From Octopus sinensis (taxonomy: Eukaryota): 64,000 nucleotides of DNA. Position 1 is the stretch's first letter. Every line of letters starts with the position of its first letter. The stretch lies in contig NW_021825710.1 in the NCBI RefSeq assembly GCF_006345805.1, positions 276,474 to 340,473 of the forward strand, in the 5' to 3' direction. Of the stretch, positions 52,165-63,769 are shown in pieces. The notes below the pieces were generated by a model. It saw only the letters and a list, made by a program, of their open reading frames with translations. It was not told the origin of the DNA and made no database searches. Made by a program: the position numbers and the translations under genes.

Positions 52165-53248
52165 TGAGGGTCAGCTGAAAAGTTCACAGGCTGACATTCT
52201 CATGGAATATGACCAAATGAGGTTTTTTTTTCATCCCCCTTGCAGTTCACATACTTCTTCCATCAGTGTTGCAGTACTTGGATCCCATTGGTGAACAAGC
52301 TTTCATCCGGTTGGTCAAACAAGTCATCAGTAGCTGATATGATGTCATCATCACTGCAATACTGGTCCCTAGTCAAGTGTTCTATCATGTTAGTGAATAG
52401 ATGATAGTTAGATGGGGCCAAATCAGGAGAATAAGGAGGATGATCAACCAGTTCAAAGCTACAGTCATGCACAGCAGTGATTGAAACCAACGACTTGTAT
52501 GCTGGAGCATTGTCCTGGTGAAACAAGACACCTTTCATCAGTTTTTCTGGGTGTTTGGTCTTCATAGCTTTTTGACATAGAACTTTCAATTGATGGTTTG
52601 GCCCTTTTGAAAATAGTTAATATGCACAATCTCTTTTGCATCCCAATAAAACTGAGGCCATCTCTTTAACAGGTTTCTGTTATTTCACTGTAGCCACACT
52701 GGAGCACCACCTCAAAAGGTTTTAGTCAAAGAAATTGACCCCAGGACTTATTCTTTTTAAGAACTGCTAACTTATGGGGACCTAAATACACCAACATTGG
52801 TTGTCAACTGATGAGGTGGGGGCAGCAAACACAGACACAAAGACACACATAAATACACACAGACGTATAACAGGCTTCTTTCAGGTTCCATCTACCAAAT
52901 CCCCTCACAAGACTTTGGTTGGGCCAGGGCTACAGAAGAAGACACTTGCCCAAAGTGCTATGCAGTGGGACCGAACCTGGAACTATATGGCTGGGAAGCA
53001 AGCTCCTTACCACACAGTCAAACAAATGAAATGTCCTTGGCCTTCTTTGGAGCAGGTGAGGAGGGTATTTCCACTGCATGGATTGATCTTTATCTCTGGC
53101 TCAAAGTGATGAAGCCAACACTCATTCTGGTTTTGGAAACATTCAAGGAAACCAGCTGGATCTGCCTCAGACAATGTCAGACTTTCCAGCCTGATACATT
53201 TTGATCAGGTGTCATAAGACATGGCACTGACCGAGCACAAACCATTGT
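52165..53248 (-). mobile_element. mariner 3' half (inverted), containing a SINE insertion at about 52670-53030
   Basis: Minus strand from 53248 reads VCARSVPCLMTPDQ...EADPAGFLE...NECWLHHFEPE...QSMQW...PAPKKAK, then the SINE, then MASVF.WDAK...FHQDNAP...HPPYSPDLAPSNYHLF (ORF 52263-52589). TIR at 52165. Confidence 0.88.
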
Positions 53249-55250
53249 TACAGAGTGAGCAAAAAAGATTTACCTTTATCATACGGAAATGATTTAGATA
53301 GAATATTCCATTTCAAATCAAATTGTTTATTATGTTCTTTTAGAGACCAAATGAATTTACTAAGCCCAGTATTGTTATATCTAAATGTAGAGTAATGATT
53401 AGATATTCTTTTGGACAACTGAGATGAAGAACTACCTATATAAAAAAAAAAGACGTCAGAACCGTAAGTAATTTTACATTGATAAATAGTTTCTTGTTTT
53501 AGAATTACTGCTAAGGAAACGAATCGAGTGGAATTTATATCAGAAATACTAATATTGTTGCTATTATTATTTAAAGAATGGTTAGTGTTAATATCGGTGC
53601 ACTTATCAAAAATATTCCAGATAAATATATTTCTACTTTAGTTAAAAAATTAAAGCCTAATAATATGCTCTAATTCGTTCCAAGTGGTCAACTGGTTTAA
53701 TTCTATTAATAACAAGAAGTGCACTAAGTTTATCCAGTTTGACATTTCTAGTTTCTATTCTTCTATCAACTCAATTGTACTCAATAAGACATTTTGGTTT
53801 TCACACAACAAAGCAGGTCTCACCAGGGATGAAATTGATGTCGTGTTAGCTGCCAGAAAATCTATTATTAAATTTGATAATAAGCTGTGGATCCGTAAAG
53901 ATATACCCAACAGTTTTGATGTCACAATGCGAAGTTCTGATTCAGCACAAATTGCTGATTTGGTATATATATCCTTTATGAGATGGCTGACCAATTCCCA
54001 AACAACAATGGAGGTCTATATCGTAATGACTGTCTACTCTACCTTCAAAATACCTCTAACCAAAAATTACAAAGGGTTAAAAATAGGTTGGTTAAATTCT
54101 TTTGAAGCATGGGCTTAAGCATTGTTTTCGATGATGATATAGCTAAAGTGAACTTTTTGGATACTACCCTTAACTTACATAATGATTCATATTTCCCATA
54201 CCATAAACCCTCAACTAATTTAAAATATATTAGCTCTTTCAGTAATCACTGTAAGGCTATTACAAGGAATTTAGTTAGGAATATTTTACTTAGACTTTCT
54301 AGATTATCTGCTAATGTTGATATCTTCAATGATAAAGCTGAATTTTATAACTCTGCCTAACTTAAAGCAGGCTATAAAGAAAAAATTACCTATATTAGCC
54401 CTATTGACATTAATTCTACCACTATTAATCAGGACATGAAATCAAGTCATAACGATATTAAAAAATTAATTTTAGTTCGAATAACAACACTAAATCGAGT
54501 AATGTAATCCTGCAGCATTAGGGAGATAACCGTTCTTTAAGACCCTTTCTTCATTATAAAGGTACGTCAAGGACTTTTAAAGATAATTACCCTAATAATG
54601 AGGTATGTCATAGCAAAACTGTTTGGTTGATAATTCCATATGGTGAGCAGATCAAATCTGACCTCCCTTACCAGTTTTGTGAAGCTATAGATAAGAATTT
54701 CCCTCCAAAATTAAAGATACTATTTGATTATTAATTTACAGCAAATCAGGATAGCGTTTTCTAACACCAAAAACCTTTCACAAAGCATCTCTTTGTATAA
54801 TAAGTTGTTAAATACAAATCAACCTAATGAAAATAATAACAATGATGTTATTAACATTAACCATTCTTTAAATAATAATAGCAACAATATTAGTATTTCT
54901 GATATAAATTCCAATTGCATTCATTTCCTTAGCAGTAATTCTAAAACAAGAAACTATTTATCAATGTAAAATTACTTCCGATTCTGACGTCTTTTTATAT
55001 AGATAGTTCTTCATCTCAGTTGTCCAAAAGAATATCTAATCATTACTCTACATAAAGATATATCAATAAATGTAACACTACTGGGCTTAGAAAATAAATT
55101 TGGTTTCTAAAAAAACATAATAAACAATTTGATTTAGAATGGAATATTCTATCTAAATCATTTCTGTATGATAAAGGTAAATCTTTTTGCTCACTCTGTA
55201 ACGATGAACTTTATTTCATCCTGTTCTTAGAGAATCCTCTTATTAACACT
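53247..55250 (+). mobile_element. Penelope-like retroelement, 5'-truncated, with ~345-bp inverted copy of its 3' region at the 5' end
   Basis: RT motifs FDISSFYSSI, VTMRSSDSAQIADLV, GLYRNDCL, VNFLD..L, PYHKP....YI...SNH and RLSRLS (ORFs 53684-54118, 54109-54360). The C-terminus reads WNILSK..YDKG...CSLC.DEL.FIL. 53247-53593 is the reverse complement of about 54849-55202. Confidence 0.85.
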
Positions 55251-55662
55251 GTAAAATTCGAATTTTAACTGTCTTCTTACATTTCACTTCCACTGAATAT
55301 ATCTATTTCCATGCCTTTAACCTTCATTCCTATTCATTTATCACACTATATTTCTCCACTTGCAATTTTCTGCTAATTTCTTTCTTGCTCCTCCTTCTCT
55401 TTCTATAAATTGCTTTTGATGTTATATGAAAGGTTGCAAAAAAAAGAGAATGAATGGGAGAAAGAGAGTCTGCCAAATGCCAACCCAACAGAGGGACCAG
55501 CTATCTGAATTGACAGTACTACATGTCGAAAGTGAAACAACAACATCTCTATTGTACTGTGAGATAATAGTTTCAGTCTAATACTTTCACTATTAATACT
55601 GAATCTATTATCTCACATATATAAATGCATACCCACACACGTGTATATACATACATACATAC

Positions 55663-55713
<51 letters not shown>

Positions 55714-55865
55714 CATATGAACATATATATACATATATGTATAAATATACGTATATATGTATACATACATGTATATATATATATACATATATGTGTATAT
55801 ATATACATGTATATAAATATATATGTATATAAATATATATATATATATATATGTGTGTGTATATA

Positions 55866-55910
<45 letters not shown>

Positions 55911-55912
<2 letters not shown>

Positions 55913-56200
55913 CACGTGATCACGTGACCGACCAGACATCAGATGTTGTTACACATCGCTGGTCACGATGCGTTCGCATTGTTTTAGCCTTCGAATGGCT
56001 AAGTGAGCAGGCCAACAGAAGAAAGAGTGGGAGAAAGAATGATGAAAGAGTACAGCAGGGATCACCACACCCTGCCGGAGCTTCGTGGAGGTTTTAGGTG
56101 TTTTTGCTCAATAAACACTCACAACGCCCGGTCGGGGAATCGAAACCGCGATCCTGCGACCGCGAGTCCGCTGCCCTAACCACTAGGCCATTGCGCCTCC
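55911..56200 (-). mobile_element. tRNA-derived SINE (third family), CpG-rich
   Basis: Minus-strand head ggaggcgcaatggcctagtggttagggcagcggactcgcggtcgcaggatcgcggtttcgattcccc has A and B boxes and is followed by a non-tRNA body. Confidence 0.8.
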
Positions 56201-56346
56201 ACATATATGTATATATGTATACATATATGCATATATATATGTATACACATGTATATCTACATAAATACATGTTTATATATATATATACATGTATATATAT
56301 ATGTATACACATGTATATCTACATAAATACATGTTTATATATATAT

Positions 56347-56398
<52 letters not shown>

Positions 56399-56723
56399 GA
56401 CATATACATATATATATATATACACACAGACATATACATATATATATATATACACACACACATATACATATATATATATATTAAATTAGAAAAAAAACCT
56501 ACCTTTTATCAATTGAAAATGAACAATTAAATTACACCATCTAGAAAGTTACATATAATAGAAAAATTAAAATTAAAATAACAATAGAATGTCAAAAATT
56601 AAGTAAATTGCAAAAAGTAATAATAAAAACGTATATAATAGGTAGAAAAACATATATATATACATACAAATATATACACATAAATATATATACATATACA
56701 CATATATATACATACATACATAC

Positions 56724-56754
<31 letters not shown>

Positions 56755-56808
56755 CATATACATATACACATATATATACATACATACATATATATATATA
56801 CATATATA

Positions 56809-57120
56809 TATAATATTAATTCGAGACAAAACCACTATTTTGCAAAACAAACAAGGAAAGACTTAATCAATACATAAAAATTTTTAATATAAAGAAATAA
56901 ACCGCCACTACAATCGTTTCATGTCTTCAATGACATTCGTCAGGTGGATTTTCGATCTCCTAATCTGTTTTAATTTATGAAATTAAAACAGATTGTCATT
57001 GAAGACATGAAACGATTGTAGTGGCAGTTTATTTCTTTATATTAAAAATTTTTATGTATTGATTAAGTCTTTCCTTGTTTGTTTTGCAAAATAGTGGTTT
57101 TGTCTCGAATTAATATTATA
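56809..57120. repeat. Fold-back element: 127-bp inverted repeat arms around a 58-bp spacer
   Basis: 56809-56935 pairs with 56994-57120 with one mismatch seen. An inner perfect 15-bp hairpin lies at 56962-56994. Confidence 0.9.
56905..56947 (-). ncRNA. Minimal type I hammerhead ribozyme
   Basis: ccac-CUGACGA-auguc-auugaa-gacau-GAAA-c-gauu-GUA-gugg: complete core, 4-bp stem I, 5-bp stem II, short stem III and a GUA cleavage triplet. Confidence 0.85.
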
Positions 57121-57313
57121 TAATATTTTACTATAAAATTGGATTTAATCCTAAATCTGATTTTTTCCCTGTAAATTTGGATCTATTCCCTAATATTTAT
57201 TATTATACATATATATATATATATATAAACATATATATATATATACATACGTATATATATATATATATACATACATATATATATATATATATATACATAT
57301 ATATACATACATA

Positions 57314-57837
57314 GTGATGCATACATGCCATTTGAATATGGCTAACCCATAAGAGTGAATGCTACTGTAGTTTGTAGCCCAGGAAGATACCTCCTCCAGC
57401 TGGCTATAGACACACTATCTGTGTCCTGTCAGTATTTGTGAAGGGGAGTCATCCTCCCCGTCTTCAACACATGATACACACGTACCCGAGTTTCAAGGTG
57501 TTTACCTTTCATCAGCGTCTGACAATCATGGTTGTCGATGAGAAGTCAGATCCCTTCACAAATACATATACTTTTTCCAGTGTCGATTTGACACTGATAT
57601 TGAAAAAGTGAAATCAAACAATCATAAATCTCAAAGCGAGTGATAAACAGTAGCGGTAACACATCGTGATGCATACGTGCCATTTGAATATGGCTAACCC
57701 ATAAGGGTGGATACTACTGTAGTTTGTAGCCCCAGGAAGATACCTCCTCCAGCTGGCTATGTATGCATCAAATGGCATGTATGCATCATGATGTGTTACC
57801 GCTACTGTTTATAACTCGCTCTGAGATTTATCATTGT
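57314..57837 (-). mobile_element. Candidate non-LTR retrozyme: 352-nt unit with ~94-nt terminal redundancy and a 70-nt inverted segment
   Basis: 57314-57407 is repeated at 57666-57760, and 57768-57837 is the reverse complement of 57618-57687. It has an internal hammerhead, many hairpins and no ORF. Confidence 0.75.
57477..57521 (-). ncRNA. Minimal type I hammerhead ribozyme
   Basis: cagacg-CUGAUGA-aaggu-aaac-accuu-GAAA-cucgg-GUA-cgugug: complete core, perfect 5-bp stem II, quasi-palindromic stem III (ACUCGGGU) and 5 of 6 bp in stem I. Confidence 0.88.
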
Positions 57838-58246
57838 CATACATACATACATTATATATATATATATGATATATAATATATATACACATATATATATATA
57901 CATATATATATATACATATTCACACATATATATATACATATATATATACATATACACATAATATATACATATATATATAACATATATATTATATACATAT
58001 ATATACATATATATATATACATATATATATATACATATACATATATACATATACATATATATATTATATACATATACATATATATATATACATATACATG
58101 TATATATATATACATATACAATATATATATATACATATATATATTACATACATATATATATATATATACATATATATATACATAATATATATATATACAT
58201 ACATATATATATATATATACATACATATATATATATATATACATAC

Positions 58247-58277
<31 letters not shown>

Positions 58278-58376
58278 CTATATATATATATACATATATA
58301 CATATATATTATACATATATACATATTTATACATACATATATAATATAATATACATATATACATATTTATACATAC

Positions 58377-58407
<31 letters not shown>

Positions 58408-58509
58408 CATATAAATATACATATATATGTATATATATATAATATATGTGTATATATATAAATATATATATATATATATTATACATATATATATATATAT
58501 ATATACATC

Positions 58510-58543
<34 letters not shown>

Positions 58544-58654
58544 TATATATACATATATATATATATATATATACATTATATATATATACATATATATATA
58601 TACATACATATATATATACATATATATTTAAAAAATATTTTCAATTCTATTTTA

Positions 58655-58893
58655 TCTAGTTTCAGCTAGAGAACTGTGGCCATGTGGGGGCACCGCCATT
58701 TAGTGTTGCTACGTTATTTTACTTCATGAATGCTTTTTAGCAAATGACATTTGGTGAATGAGAGAATTCGATGCAGCTGCCATCATCTGCACCCCCTGCC
58801 GTGAAGTTGGTTCATCTGGGACACCTGACAGGAAGAAATCTAGTTTTATTTTAAAGACATCTGCATCCTCCCCATGCAGGTCTCTCAGGTCCT
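58655..58893 (-). mobile_element. CR1-group LINE 3' end fragment
   Basis: Reverse complement of 63535-63770 ([23 protein letters not shown]...AASNSL). Confidence 0.85.
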
Positions 58894-59217
58894 TATATAT
58901 ATATATATGTAGTGTGTGTATATATATATATATATATTTATACATATGTGTATTATATAAAATATATGTGTATATATATATTATATATATGTGTGTATAA
59001 TATATATATATATGTGTGTATATATATATATATATGTATATATATGTGTATATATATATATATGTATATATATCTGTGTATATATATTATATGTGGTATA
59101 TATATATGTGTGTATATATATATATGTGTATATATATATATATATGTGTGTATATATATATATATATGTGTGTGTATATATATATATGTGTATATATATA
59201 TATATATGTATATATAA

Positions 59218-59261
<44 letters not shown>

Positions 59262-59572
59262 ATATATATATGTGTGTATATATATATATATATGTGTGTA
59301 TCTAATATATAATGTGTGTATATCGTATATATATGTGTATATATATATATATGTGTGTATATATATATATATGTGTGTTGTTATATATATATATGTGTAT
59401 ATATATATATATATATATGTGTATGTATGTGTGTCTATATATATATATGTGTGTGTGTATATATATATATATATGTGTATACATATATATATATATAATA
59501 TAGTGTATACATATATATATATATAATATATATATATATACTTTATTTAAGCAGCAGAAAATTCAACAAAAT

Positions 59573-59610
59573 CTGTTACACTGAGTTTCTCATTGCCGTT
59601 CATCAGACAG
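59573..59610 (-). ncRNA. Minimal type I hammerhead motif (more degenerate arm)
   Basis: cugu-CUGAUGA-acg-gcaa-uga-GAAA-cucagu-GUA-acag. The core is intact but stems II and III are weakened. Confidence 0.6.
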
Positions 59611-59612
59611 GT

Positions 59613-59652
59613 TCTGTCTGATGAACGGCAACGAGAAACTCAGAGTAACAGA
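59613..59652 (+). ncRNA. Minimal type I hammerhead ribozyme motif
   Basis: ucugu-CUGAUGA-acg-gcaa-cga-GAAA-cucaga-GUA-acaga: 5-bp stem I, GNRA-capped stem II with an A.A mismatch at its base, and palindromic stem III ACUCaGAGU. Confidence 0.75.
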
Positions 59653-59900
59653 TGTTGTTGAATTTTCTGCTGCTTAAAATAAAGCATATTACTCTTTTTT
59701 CCAACTTGTTTCACATTTTTGGGTTACTCCGGTATATATATATATATATAATATATATATATTATATATATATAGATATATATATAGATATATACATATA
59801 TATATATATACACATATATATATATACACACATATATATATACACACATAAATATATATATATATACACACATATTTATATATATATATACACAAACATT

Positions 59901-59932
<32 letters not shown>

Positions 59933-60151
59933 TATATACACACACATATATATATATATATATACACACATATATATATATACACACACACCACATATAT
60001 ATATATATATACACACATATATATTATACATATAATATACATATATATATATATATATATACATATATATATACACAACACAATATATATATATACACAT
60101 ATATATATATATATACACACATATATATTACACATATATATATATTATAAT

Positions 60152-60194
<43 letters not shown>

Positions 60195-60278
60195 TATATA
60201 TATATATAATATATATATACACATATATTATATATATATATACACATATATATATATATATACACATATATAATACAC

Positions 60279-60309
<31 letters not shown>

Positions 60310-60576
60310 TATATATATGTGTTATATATATATATACACATATATATATATGTGTATATATATATATACATATACACATATATATATATGGGTGTATATA
60401 TATACATATACACATATATATATATGTGTGTATATATATATATATACACACATATTATATGGGTATATATATATATATATACACATATATTATATGTTAA
60501 TATATAATATGTGTATATATATATATATATATATACACATATATATATAACCCATATATGTATATGTATATATATA

Positions 60577-60618
<42 letters not shown>

Positions 60619-60780
60619 TATATATACCCATATATATATATACCCATATATGTATATGTATATATATATATATGTGTATATATATATAATATATAATACC
60701 CATATATGTATATATATATATATATATATAATATAATATATAACCATATATATATATACCCATATATGTATATATATATA

Positions 60781-60820
<40 letters not shown>

Positions 60821-60843
60821 CACACAATATATATATATACCCA

Positions 60844-60894
<51 letters not shown>

Positions 60895-60899
60895 GTATA

Positions 60900-61281
60900 A
60901 TTGATGACTGATTGATTCTAGTTTCAGCTCATGAGCTGTGGCCATGCTGGGGCACTGCCATTTGGTGTTGCTACATGGTTTTACTTCACGAAAGCTTTGT
61001 AGCAACTGCCATTTCGTGCATGAGAGAGTTCGATGCAGCTGCCCTCATCTGCACCTCCTGCCGTGAAGTTGGTTCATCTGGGACACCTGACAGGAAGACA
61101 TCCAGTTCCATTTTAAAGACATCTGCATCCACCCCATGCAGGGTTCTGTATTGCCTGTGAAACTTTTGTATCATCTGCATAACTTGTGATCTTGGCTCTC
61201 TGCGTGGCTGAGGGCATGTCTGAGAAGGCTATTATGAACAGTAGTGGTCCCAAGACAGTGCCCTGCAGAACACCGCTCACA
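60900..61281 (-). mobile_element. CR1-group LINE fragment with ~700-bp internal deletion
   Basis: Minus strand reads [21 protein letters not shown]...SYADDTK and joins directly to the 3' end, followed by an (ATCA)n-like tail. Confidence 0.85.
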
Positions 61282-61304
61282 CATATATATAATATATATA
61301 ATAT

Positions 61305-61351
<47 letters not shown>

Positions 61352-61440
61352 ATAATATATATATGATGATATATATATATATATATATATGATATAGATA
61401 TATATAGATATATGTATATATATATATATATATCTATATT

Positions 61441-61479
<39 letters not shown>

Positions 61480-61549
61480 GTATATATATATAATAAGATA
61501 TATGTAATATATATGGATATAATATATATATATATATATGTTATATATA

Positions 61550-61591
<42 letters not shown>

Positions 61592-61681
61592 AATATAATA
61601 TATATGTATACACATATATGCATATATGGTATATATATATATATATATATATACTAAGCAATAAGGGTTTAGCAACTATAG

Positions 61682-61719
<38 letters not shown>

Positions 61720-61803
61720 ATATATATATATAATATGTTACACATATATGATATATGTGTAATATAATATTAATATATATATATATGTATACACATATAT
61801 GTA

Positions 61804-61845
<42 letters not shown>

Positions 61846-62276
61846 ACACATATATGTATATATGTGTATATATATATATATATATACACACATATATATA
61901 GATAGATATTTAAATATATATACACATATAAATACACACACATATATATATATATATATATTTAAATATATATACATATATATATATATGTAGACATATA
62001 TATATATATATACGTATATATATATATATACGTAGATTATATATACATATATATATGTATAGGTATATTACATATATATATATAGTATACATATATCTAT
62101 ATATACATATATATATATATATTAATATATATATATATATACATATATTATTATATATACATATAGATATATATATATATATACCATATATTATACATAG
62201 CTATATATATCTACATATATATAATATATAATATACATTATATATTATATACATAGATATATATATATATATATAC

Positions 62277-62307
<31 letters not shown>

Positions 62308-62401
62308 CATATATATATACATATATATATTATATTACATATATATATTATATATATATAGACATATAGAATATTATATAAATAATATATATATATAATA
62401 C

Positions 62402-62452
<51 letters not shown>

Positions 62453-62517
62453 CATAAATATATATATACAATAATATATATATAAATATATATATATATA
62501 TAAATATATATATATAC

Positions 62518-63769
62518 TCAAATGTGGAAGTGATATATCTCGACTTTGCAAAGGCCTTTGATAAAGTCGATCATGGAATGATATGTCACAAACTGCGTGA
62601 TCTGAACATAGTTGGAAAACTGGGAGAATGGCTTCATGACTTTCTGAAAGATAGAAGTCAGGTGGTAGTGGCCAATGGGGCCACTTCCATTAACACGCAA
62701 ATAGTGAGCGGTGTTCCGCAGGGCACTGTTCTGGGACCACTACTGTTCATAATGGCCCTCTCAGACATGCCCTCAGCCACGCAGGAGCACGATCACAAGT
62801 TATGCAGATGATACAAAAGTTTCACAGGCAATACAGAACCCTGAGGACACTAAACACCTGCAATGTGAGCTAGACAAAATATACAAGTGGCCGAAAAGAA
62901 TAGCATGCAGTCAATGCTGAAAAGTTTCAAGCTCTATACTATCAGCATGCAAAACTAAATGCAATACCCATGAATACACTGGACCCGGAGGAATAGCAAT
63001 CCAGAGGCACAATCAGTGCGTGACCTAGGTATTTACATGAGTTATGACGCGACCTTTCGTGTACATGTTGCTAAATTGGCAATGAAATGTAGACGACTGG
63101 CCGGATGGATCCTCAGAACCTTTAGAACAAGAGAACAAGAAACCATGATGGTCCTCTGGAGGACACTTGTCCTAAGCCACTTTGACTACTGCTCTCAGTT
63201 ATGGTCACCATCCAGTGTCAAGTTGATCACAGAGCTCGAGGCGATCCAACGTAGCTACACGAAGAAGATAGCCTCTATGCAGAATGTAAGTACTGGGAAA
63301 GACTCAGAGATAAAACTATATTCCCTGGAGTGTAGGCGGGAAAGATATGCCATAATATACATCTGGAAGATCCTGAGGGACGTGTCCTGAACTTTGGCAT
63401 CGAGAGTTACGCAAATGCCAGAACTGGGCGCCACTGCGTGGTGCCTAGCACTCCAAACTTGCCATCAAGATGTAGGACAAGATTCTGTGATAGCCTGGGC
63501 TTCCGAGGCCCACAGCTCTTCAATATTTCCCGAAGAACCTGAGAGACCTGCATGGGGTGGATGCAGATGTCTTAAAAATGAGCTGGATCTCTTCTGTCAG
63601 GTGTCCCAGATGAACCAACTTCACGGCAGGAGGGGCAGATGAGGGCAGCTGCATCAAACTCTCTCATGCACCAAATGGCAGTTGCTAGAAAGCTTTCGTG
63701 AAGTGAAACCAAGCAGCTACACGAAATGGCGGTGCCCCAGCATGGCCACAGCTCATAAGCTGAAACTAG

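Larger units (their letters stand above)
59541..59684. repeat. Palindrome with ~70-bp arms, each carrying a hammerhead motif
   Basis: 59541-59610 pairs with 59614-59684 around a 3-nt centre, with a few mismatches. Confidence 0.9.
55640..62517. repeat. Large compound (TA)n/(CA)n/(TG)n low-complexity tract with embedded insertions
   Basis: Direct observation. All Y/I/C/V/H-rich ORFs here are artefacts of this repeat. Confidence 0.95.

Noticed and set aside
56095-56200. Functional tRNA gene
   Set aside because: The tRNA-like head has an imperfect cloverleaf and continues into a SINE body, so it is called as a SINE.
55608-62551. Dozens of Y/I/C/V/H-rich ORFs
   Set aside because: They are translations of (TA)n/(CA)n microsatellite, not genes.
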